Positions 1 through 6,716 of a DNA stretch of 19,160 nt are shown here, piece by piece. Origin of the DNA: Armatimonadota bacterium. GTDB lineage: Bacteria; Armatimonadota; UBA10988. The notes under the pieces were generated by a model. That model was not told the origin of the DNA and searched no databases. It saw nothing but the letters and a program-made list of their open reading frames with translations. The translations under genes and the position numbers were made by a program. The stretch is taken from contig JACRKZ010000143.1 of assembly GCA_016235455.1 (NCBI GenBank), forward strand, positions 1 to 19,160. Direction: 5' to 3'. The first letter of the stretch is position 1. Each line of letters begins with the position of its first letter.

Positions 1-1895
1 CTGAACTGCTGCCATTCGCCCTTCGGCTGCACCCAGGGCAGCACGTAGCTGTGCCAGCCGCTGGCGTTGGCCCATTCGGCGTAGAAGCGGCCCTGCACGC
101 CCGGCGTGTCGCTGCGCATCCAGCCGGTCAGGCGGTAGCGGCGGTCGGGCTTGACGACGATGCCGTTGAACACGGTCAGCGGGTTGGCGCCGGCCGACGG
201 ACTGTCGATGCGCAAGCTGGCCTGGCCGCTGCGCTTGACCTCGGTATCGCGGGTCACGGTGAACGGCAGGCGCACGTCCCAGCCGGCGGGCACGCCGTCG
301 GCGTCGACCTCGAACCCGCCGTTGGGGATGGCGTTGCCCGGTTCGGCGACCAGCGCCACCGGCGGCTTGGCGCCCGCGGCCTCGGCGTCGTAGTTGTGGC
401 GCGTCGGGTTCCAGGCCGGGTCGGTGGTCAGCGCGCGAGCGCCCCAGGCCGGCAGCGTGAGCTGGCAGCCCTGACCGGCCATGCGGGGCGAGGCATCGCC
501 GAACAGGCAGCGCCAGCCGCCCGTCGCGCCCTCGACCGAGACCGTCACCGTGGCCTCGGCGCCGCTGCGGTTGGCCAGCAGCACGGTGGTCTGGCCACCA
601 ATGCGCTTGGCCAGCGCGCGCACCGGACTGTCGGCCGGGCTGAGCGTGGTCTTGGGTCCGGCGGGCGCCGTCAGATAGGGCTCCAGCGCGCGCAGTTCGG
701 AGACCACGGCCTTGAGATCCGACCAGAAGCGCGACGGCTTGGGCGTATACGGCGTGCCCCAGTAGAGGATGCCCTTGGCGCCGGAGACAACCGCGTCGTA
801 GGCCATATAGCGGGTCTCGGCCTGCGTGGCATAGACCGCCAGCGGGTCGGCCCGGTTGTCCAGGCAGCGCCAGGCGAAGCCCTGGAGCACCATGAACACC
901 GGCTTCTCGTCACGCACGGCGGCGATGTTCTTGGTCGTCTCGTCGCCCACCACGCTGAGCGTCTTGTTGGGCAGGTCGGACTGGCCTTGGGGCATGGGCA
1001 CGGGATAGACGTCGCAGCCGGCGATGTCCGTGGCCTGGTTGTAGAAGGCCAGCGTGCGCACGGTGTTGCGCGGCGCGTGGTTGGTCCAGATGGGCCGTTG
1101 CGGGTCGAGCCCGCGCAGGAACCCGTAGCCCTCGCGCAGGCCCCAGGCGGGCTGACCGCCCCACGCCGGCTCATCAATGCTCTCCCACAGAGCCAGCGCC
1201 GGATGGTCGCCCACGCCGGCCACCAGTTCGGTCAGCTCGGCGCGTCGACGCTCGGGCTCGTCGGCGAACTGCAGCAGGTGCGAGACAGGCACCCAAGCGT
1301 TGAGTCCCCAGCCCTGCAGCAGGTCGAGCAGACCGCGCAACGGCTTGGGCGGCATGACACCCAGCGTGACCAGGTCGAACCCCGCCTCAGCCAGTTCCTT
1401 GGCGCCGCGTTCGCTGGTCGGCGTGGTGTAGATGCCGATGGGGAACCACGGCTTGCCGGCGCGCACCAGTCGGTTGTCCGGGCCAACGCTGACCAGGCCG
1501 CCCGTGTGCGCCGGGTTGCGATAGTAGTTGGGATACGGCACGGCGGCGTCACCCGGCCCGGCCACGTCCAGCGTCGTCTCGGTCTTGACCTCGGCGCCGC
1601 CGGCCTTGGTCGTGACCGCGAAGGTGTGCTTGCCGGCCTCATACAGCTCGTAGGTCAGCCGCGCCTCCGCTGCGCCCTTGGCCGGCGCGGTGATGCTGGC
1701 CGTGCGGGTCTGCACGCCACCAAACGGCATCGACACAGTCAGCGTCAGCGCCACCGGCACCGGCGCGTCGGCCGTGTTGGTGACGTGGACGACGGCCGTC
1801 TGAGGGCTGAAACAGGCTGTGCTCGGTGGATCGAGCTTCAGCTCGACAGCGGCGTGGGCAATGGTGGCCAGGCTGAGCAGGAGCAGTGGGCGCAT
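1..1895 (-). CDS. Secreted glycoside-hydrolase-like protein (Ig-like domain + TIM barrel + CBM4/9-like C-terminal domain); 3' end lies outside the window
   Basis: Hand translation from ATG at 1895 gives MRPLLLLSLATIAHA (signal peptide), GKPWFPIGIY, WESIDEP (1187-1167), GCDVYPVP, FMVLQGF, GAKGILYW, then NAIPNGGFE...SGQASLRI...YRLTGWMRS (CBM4/9-like). The frame stays open to the window edge with strong G/C third positions. It is absent from the ORF track because it has no stop in the window. Confidence 0.85.
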   Translation of the reverse strand, partial: MRPLLLLSLATIAHAAVELKLDPPSTACFSPQTAVVHVTNTADAPVPVALTLTVSMPFGGVQTRTASITAPAKGAAEARLTYELYEAGKHTFAVTTKAGGAEVKTETTLDVAGPGDAAVPYPNYYRNPAHTGGLVSVGPDNRLVRAGKPWFPIGIYTTPTSERGAKELAEAGFDLVTLGVMPPKPLRGLLDLLQGWGLNAWVPVSHLLQFADEPERRRAELTELVAGVGDHPALALWESIDEPAWGGQPAWGLREGYGFLRGLDPQRPIWTNHAPRNTVRTLAFYNQATDIAGCDVYPVPMPQGQSDLPNKTLSVVGDETTKNIAAVRDEKPVFMVLQGFAWRCLDNRADPLAVYATQAETRYMAYDAVVSGAKGILYWGTPYTPKPSRFWSDLKAVVSELRALEPYLTAPAGPKTTLSPADSPVRALAKRIGGQTTVLLANRSGAEATVTVSVEGATGGWRCLFGDASPRMAGQGCQLTLPAWGARALTTDPAWNPTRHNYDAEAAGAKPPVALVAEPGNAIPNGGFEVDADGVPAGWDVRLPFTVTRDTEVKRSGQASLRIDSPSAGANPLTVFNGIVVKPDRRYRLTGWMRSDTPGVQGRFYAEWANASGWHSYVLPWVQPKGEWQQF

Positions 1896-1961
1896 GGGTG
1901 TCTCGCTATGCGAGAGGCATTCGGCGCCCGCTCCGAGCCACCTGCCTCGGCGCCCGCGGTG

Positions 1962-2047
1962 GTTGTGCCGGCTTTGGCCGGATGGCGGTTCCGCGCGGTC
2001 CAGCGCCGCCACGGCCGGATGGGCCATCCGGCTGAGGCCGGCACCAC
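1962..2047. repeat. REP/REPIN-like inverted doublet
   Basis: GTTGTGCCGGCTTTGGCCGGATGGC (1962-1986) is inverted against GCCATCCGGCTGAGGCCGGCACCAC (2023-2047). Each arm is itself an imperfect palindrome (CCGGC-N4/5-GCCGG). It lies between genes, just downstream of the GlpD-like stop. Confidence 0.7.
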
Positions 2048-2070
2048 GAACACCCGCAGCGCTCCGCGCC

Positions 2071-3744
2071 TCACCGGCCCACGGCCGCCCGACAACGCGC
2101 TATCTCCGCCTCGCGCCGCTGCGCATCCCAGCCCAGCACCTCGCCCACGACCTGCGCCAGCTCGGCGATGGCCTCGGGTGTGGCGTCGCCCAGCAGACCG
2201 ATGACACTGCGCCGCAGCACCAGATCGTCGAGATGCATGACCGCCTCGTGGCGGGCGATGTGGCGGATCTCGCCGACGCTGTAGCCCGGCAGCGCGGCCA
2301 GCGGCTGCTCGTCGGCGGGCTTGGCGTCGAGCAGATAGTCTTCGGCCCAGACGCCGTAACGCGCCAGCAGGTCGGCGGCGCGGTCGGCACTGGCCGGTGT
2401 GCGCGCGGCCGCATCGTCGATCCACGCCTGGCGCGCCGCGTCATCGGCGGGGAAGTTCTCGCCACCGCCGATGGGCACGTCGCGCGTCTCGGTCAGGCGT
2501 TCGGCGCCCAGCACCGTCATCACCTGGTCGGCCACCTGCTCGGCGAAGGCGCGGAACGTGGTCCACTTGCCGCCGACCAGCGAGAGGACGCCGTACGGCC
2601 GCTCCTCGGTGGGCTCGTCGACACGCACGGCGTGGCCGCGGCTGACATTGGCCAGCACCTGGCCGTCGCTCGCGGGCAAGGGCCGCACGCCGCAGAAGGT
2701 GTAGACCACCTGGTCGCGGCTGACCAGGATGCCCGGCATGGCGCCGCGCAGCGTGTCCAGCATGTAGTCGATCTGCTCTTCGTCGCAGACGGCCTCATCG
2801 GGGTTGTCGCAGCGGATATCGGTCGAGCCCATGATCACCTTTCCCAGGAAGGGGAAGGCGATGCAGACGCGGCCGTCGACATGCTGGTAGTAGACCATGC
2901 GATCGCCCAGCGCGGCCAGCAGGTCGGCGTTGTCGACCACCAGATGCGAGCCCTTGGTGCCGCCCATGTAGTGCGTATCGAGGCCCAGCAGGCGGTTAGT
3001 CAGGTCGACCCAGCCGCCCGTGGCGTTGATCACGATCTGCGGCTCGACGCGCAGCGGCCGGCCGGTCTCCACGTCTTCCAGCAGCACGCCGGTCTCATCG
3101 ACGCCGGTCACCGCGACGTAGTTGAGCGCGCGCGCCGCGGGGCAGGTCTCCTCGGCCTGCTCCACCAGCTCGATGCACAGCCGCTCGGCCTGGGTGATCC
3201 AGGCATCCCAGTAGTTGGCCGCGCCGATGATGTCCTCGCGCAGGCCCGGCATCTGGGCCAGCGTGTCGGCCCGCGAGCTGAAGAAGTGTTTGGGCGTGCG
3301 GCGGCCGGCGCGGGTCACCCAGTCATAGAAGGTCAGCCCGACCTTGACCGGAGCCACGCCGCGGCTGCCAGGCGGCACCTTGGCACCCAGGAAGATGAGC
3401 AACGAGCGCCACAGGCCGCCCCAGTAGCTGAACATGGGGATGGTCGTCTTGAGCGGCGCGACGAAGTGCGGCGCATTGGCCAGCAGGCGGTTGCGTTCGA
3501 GCAGCGACTCGCGCACTAGCGCCACCTCGCCGGTCTCCAGGTAGCGCAGGCCGCCGTGGATCATGCGCGACGACTTGCTGCTGGCGCCGCTGGCGAAGTC
3601 GCCCTTGTCCACCAGCAGGCAGTCGACGCCCTGCAGCGCGAGTTCGCGCATCAGGCCGACGCCATTGATGCCACCGCCGAGGATGAGCACCGAGACGCAC
3701 GGGTCCTCGCGCAGCGCGGCGAATACGTCAGAGCGAGAGGTCAT
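2071..3744 (-). CDS. FAD-dependent glycerol-3-phosphate/polyol-phosphate dehydrogenase (GlpD/GlpA/EryB family)
   Basis: Rossmann motif ILGGGING, family signature GASSKSSRMIHGGLRYLE, plus KGSHLV, GVRPL, GGKWTTFR and HLDDLVLRR. Its ATG overlaps the kinase stop (ATGA, 3744-3741). The substrate cannot be assigned. Confidence 0.92.
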   Translation of the reverse strand: MTSRSDVFAALREDPCVSVLILGGGINGVGLMRELALQGVDCLLVDKGDFASGASSKSSRMIHGGLRYLETGEVALVRESLLERNRLLANAPHFVAPLKTTIPMFSYWGGLWRSLLIFLGAKVPPGSRGVAPVKVGLTFYDWVTRAGRRTPKHFFSSRADTLAQMPGLREDIIGAANYWDAWITQAERLCIELVEQAEETCPAARALNYVAVTGVDETGVLLEDVETGRPLRVEPQIVINATGGWVDLTNRLLGLDTHYMGGTKGSHLVVDNADLLAALGDRMVYYQHVDGRVCIAFPFLGKVIMGSTDIRCDNPDEAVCDEEQIDYMLDTLRGAMPGILVSRDQVVYTFCGVRPLPASDGQVLANVSRGHAVRVDEPTEERPYGVLSLVGGKWTTFRAFAEQVADQVMTVLGAERLTETRDVPIGGGENFPADDAARQAWIDDAAARTPASADRAADLLARYGVWAEDYLLDAKPADEQPLAALPGYSVGEIRHIARHEAVMHLDDLVLRRSVIGLLGDATPEAIAELAQVVGEVLGWDAQRREAEIARCRAAVGR

Positions 3745-5258
3745 GCCAGCGTCCCATCGGCAATGGAGTGGTGCAGGTCGGCCAGCGCCGGATAGAGCCG
3801 CTGGTAGCGCGCGAATCCTTCGGCGTAGGTCCCCGCCAGCGCCGCGTCGGGCTCGTAGGTGGTGCCGGGCCGCGCCACCTGGGTATACGCGTCGGCCTCG
3901 TCGGCATAGACGCCCACGCCAATGCCCGCCAGGATGGCCGCGCCGAGCGGCGTGGCCTCTTCCACGGCGGGCACTTCCACGACAGCGCCGGTCACATCGG
4001 CCTTATTCTGCATCCAGAAGGCGTTGCGCGTAGCCCCGCCGACGGCCACGATACGCTCGGCGGTGCTGCCCAGGATGGTCTCCACGACGCTCAGGATCTC
4101 GCGGAACTGATAGTCGAGCCCTTCGATCACCGCGCGCGTCAGATCGCCGCGGCTGGTCGTGCTGCGCAGGCCGGCGAAGGCGCCCATGGCCCGCGCGTCG
4201 ATCACCGGGCAGGTGCAGCCGGCCACATGCGGCAGGAACAGCGCCCCGTTGGCGCCCGCCGGCGCGGCGGCGGCGCGGCCCATGAGCACCGCCCAGTCGT
4301 CGGTATCGGAGGCTTGCGCGCGGAACCACTCCAGCGACTCCGCGGCGACGGTGCTGGCCCAGGCGCCGTGGCAACCGCGGGCCACATGGGCCTGCATGGT
4401 CAGCCCGGCGGCGCGCGCGGCTTCGGTCAGCACAGGTTGCCGCACCGGCGTGGAGACGATCTCCCAGGTGCCCGTGACATCGAGCACCACGCCGGGCTCG
4501 AAGGCGCCCACGGGCAGTGCGCCGCACAGATGGTCGTGGCCGCCGAGCACCACCGGGGTGCCCGCGGGCAGGCCCGTGGCCTCCGCCGCGCGGGCATGGA
4601 CCGTGCCCAGCCGCGTGCCGGCGGGATACGCCTTGGGCATCAGATCGGGCCGGATGCCCGCGGCGGCCAACAGTTCGGGCGACCAGTCCAGCGTGGTCTG
4701 GTCGAACAACATGGTACAGGAAGCCATCGAGTAGTCGGTGGCGCGCTCGCCACAGAGCTGGAAGTTGAGGAAATCCTCGATCAGCAGCCAGGTGTCGGCC
4801 TGATCGATGACGGCGGGTTCATGCTCGATCATCCAGCGGATGCGCAACGCGGAGTTGATGGCCCACAGCGGGTTGCCGCCGACAGCGTAGGTGCGCGCCG
4901 GGCCGACATGCTCGATCCACCAGTCGAGCTGCGGCGTAGTGCGCGGGTCGAGCCAGCTGATGAACGGATAGAGCCAGGTGCCGTCATCCGCGATGGGCAG
5001 GCCGTCCATGCCCATGCCGGTCACCGCCACGGCGCCGATCGAGCCGGGGTCGTCGAGCTGCGACACAGCCTCGCGAATGGCCTCGGCGGTGCCGCCCCAG
5101 ATCTGCTCGGGCTGCCAGACAGTCCATTCGGGATGGTCGCTGCTCGGGTGGAAGCGCTCCGTGGGCCGGCTGGCGCTGGCCACGGCGCTGCCATCGGGCC
5201 GGTAGATGACGGCCTTGAGGCTGGTCGAACCGAGATCGATGCCGACGAGGTAAGCCAT
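3741..5258 (-). CDS. FGGY-family carbohydrate kinase (xylulokinase/fuculokinase-like)
   Basis: GIDLGSTSLKA, ISWLDPR, TDYSMAS, GGHDH, GTWE, RAVIEG, VGGATRN-x-FWMQNKAD, EATPLGAA. Start moved to ATG 5258, which has GGAGG upstream. Confidence 0.93.
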   Translation of the reverse strand: MAYLVGIDLGSTSLKAVIYRPDGSAVASASRPTERFHPSSDHPEWTVWQPEQIWGGTAEAIREAVSQLDDPGSIGAVAVTGMGMDGLPIADDGTWLYPFISWLDPRTTPQLDWWIEHVGPARTYAVGGNPLWAINSALRIRWMIEHEPAVIDQADTWLLIEDFLNFQLCGERATDYSMASCTMLFDQTTLDWSPELLAAAGIRPDLMPKAYPAGTRLGTVHARAAEATGLPAGTPVVLGGHDHLCGALPVGAFEPGVVLDVTGTWEIVSTPVRQPVLTEAARAAGLTMQAHVARGCHGAWASTVAAESLEWFRAQASDTDDWAVLMGRAAAAPAGANGALFLPHVAGCTCPVIDARAMGAFAGLRSTTSRGDLTRAVIEGLDYQFREILSVVETILGSTAERIVAVGGATRNAFWMQNKADVTGAVVEVPAVEEATPLGAAILAGIGVGVYADEADAYTQVARPGTTYEPDAALAGTYAEGFARYQRLYPALADLHHSIADGTLA

Positions 5259-5262
5259 GGTG

Positions 5263-6306
5263 TCAGTCCTCCGCACAGACCGGATACTGCCCGTAGCGGC
5301 GCCAGGTGTCCATCATCGCCGCGTAGTTCTCGGGCTTCACCGAGGAATGGATGGAATTGCTCGATGACAGGATGAAGCCGCCGCCCGGCGCGCCTTCGCG
5401 CAAAGCGCGCTTGGTTTCGGCGATGGTTTCCTCGACGGTGCCGAATGGCAGCACCTCGCCGCAGTCGACGTTGCCCTTGAGGGCCACGCGGTCGCCGAAC
5501 TTGGCCTTGACCTCGGCCAGGTCCATGCCGCCCTGCTGATCGATGGGATCGAGGCAGCTCGGGCCGGCCTCGACCATCAGGTCGATGATCGGCCAGATGT
5601 TGCCGTCACAGTGTTTGATGAAGGGCAGGCCCAACTCGGCGAATCCTTGGGCCACGCGGCGCAGGCCGGGCCAGAACAGCTCGCGGAAGCTCTTGGGCGA
5701 CATGAGCGGCCCGTTGTTGCCCGCGTAGTCGTCGCCGGTCCAGACAAAGTCGGCGCCGCGCTGTGCGACCTCCTTGGCCAGCGCCAGGTTGACCTCGACG
5801 CTCATGTCCACCAACCCGCGGATGAGTTCCGGCTCGCCAGCCACGGCGTAGAGCAGGTTCTCCATGCCCATCAGGTAGCGCGGCACCGAGAACACGTCGT
5901 TGAGGTGTACGCCGATGGCGCGCTTACCTTTGTGCTCGGCGACGACCCGCTCCAGCGTGGCGAAGCGGCCGGGCGCGGTGGGATCTGGCGGCGTGTAGCG
6001 CTCGAAGTCGGCCAGGCTGGCGATGGGCGACTCAACCTCGACACCATGCTCTTCGTGGCCGTAGTCGAGCACATAGCCCCATTCGGAGCGGTAGCGCGTC
6101 TCGGACACCTGCTCCCGGCGCCAGTCGGGGTCGACCAGCAACGCGTCGTGGTCCATGGCCAGCGCGAAGTCGAGGTGCGTCTTGGCGCTGGGGCACAGGG
6201 CGGTACGCACGTTGGCGGCGATGAGCCACTCGAAGTGCGGCACGCGGTCGGGCTCCTCGCGGCGCAGGGCGCAGAGCACGCGTTCGGCGGAGGTCATTTG
6301 AGCCAT
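5263..6306 (-). CDS. Uroporphyrinogen decarboxylase-like (UROD/MtaA/CmuA superfamily) protein, not a true HemE
   Basis: MTSAERV...EPDRVP N-terminus, LMGMENLL, GDDYA-x4-PLMSP, KHCDG, LKGNVD, GGGFILSSSNSI-x4-KPEN. It lacks the HemE RQAGR motif. Start ATG 6306 has GAGGGG upstream. Confidence 0.88.
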   Translation of the reverse strand: MAQMTSAERVLCALRREEPDRVPHFEWLIAANVRTALCPSAKTHLDFALAMDHDALLVDPDWRREQVSETRYRSEWGYVLDYGHEEHGVEVESPIASLADFERYTPPDPTAPGRFATLERVVAEHKGKRAIGVHLNDVFSVPRYLMGMENLLYAVAGEPELIRGLVDMSVEVNLALAKEVAQRGADFVWTGDDYAGNNGPLMSPKSFRELFWPGLRRVAQGFAELGLPFIKHCDGNIWPIIDLMVEAGPSCLDPIDQQGGMDLAEVKAKFGDRVALKGNVDCGEVLPFGTVEETIAETKRALREGAPGGGFILSSSNSIHSSVKPENYAAMMDTWRRYGQYPVCAED

Positions 6307-6324
6307 GGGTACCCCTCGCGCGCA

Positions 6325-6335
6325 ACTATACCGCA
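6325..6335 (-). promoter_or_regulatory. Probable -10 element (TGCGG-TATAGT) for the UROD-kinase-dehydrogenase operon
   Basis: TATAGT at 6330-6325 on the minus strand, 18 nt upstream of the ATG. It is an AT-rich hexamer in a GC-rich context, but there is no clear -35. Confidence 0.55.
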
Positions 6336-6601
6336 CCGTGGAAAGGGCTGCCAGTGAGTCTCGCGAACGCGTCCGATTCCTGGCCGCTGGTGGCCGGCAG
6401 CAGAGGCCGATCGTGCGTCAGGTCCTGTTGTTGACCGGCGCGCTCAAGGCCGGAGCCGCACGGCACGATCAGAAGCACGCTCGGCAGAGGATCTGCTTGA
6501 TCTCTAGACCTGGGATGTGTCACTCTATGGTCTAGCAGGCGACCTTCGGCCCGGATACCCCCCCTGCACGGCCGCGGTCGCCTGCGCCCTCTCCACCTAA
6601 C

Positions 6602-6641
6602 GCGGACATGCGGACATGCGGACAAGTGTGCATGCGGACCG
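6602..6641. repeat. 8-bp tandem repeat (GCGGACAT), about 5 units, degenerate
   Basis: GCGGACAT GCGGACAT GCGGACAA GTGTGCAT GCGGACCG read directly in phase from 6602. Confidence 0.8.
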
Positions 6642-6716
6642 GAGCTTGGCCCGCCACGGCCGGCGCGGCCGCATTGTGCCAGCGCGGTACTCGCGTCGTC
6701 GCCCCTCCGCCGCCAC

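Noticed and set aside
51-2204. 717-aa plus-strand ORF
   Set aside because: Antisense shadow of the real minus-strand gene at 1-1895. It is Arg/Gly/Ala-rich with no motifs.
1819-5375. Long plus-strand ORFs 1819-3519 and 3768-5375
   Set aside because: Antisense shadows of the dehydrogenase and kinase genes, expected with high GC3.
5263-6306. Calling the gene hemE
   Set aside because: It lacks the RQAGR motif and has no tetrapyrrole-pathway neighbours.
6417-6436. GTCAGGTCC resembling the SRP RNA core
   Set aside because: The required GGAAGGAAGCAGC continuation is absent.
6305-6625. Small ORFs 6305-6535 (+) and 6326-6625 (-) in the intergenic region
   Set aside because: No ribosome site, atypical codon usage, and they run through repeats and promoter elements. 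A small protein is not fully excluded.
6602-6641. CRISPR array interpretation of the short repeats here and at 16010-16078
   Set aside because: Units are 8-10 bp with no unique spacers, and there are no cas genes.
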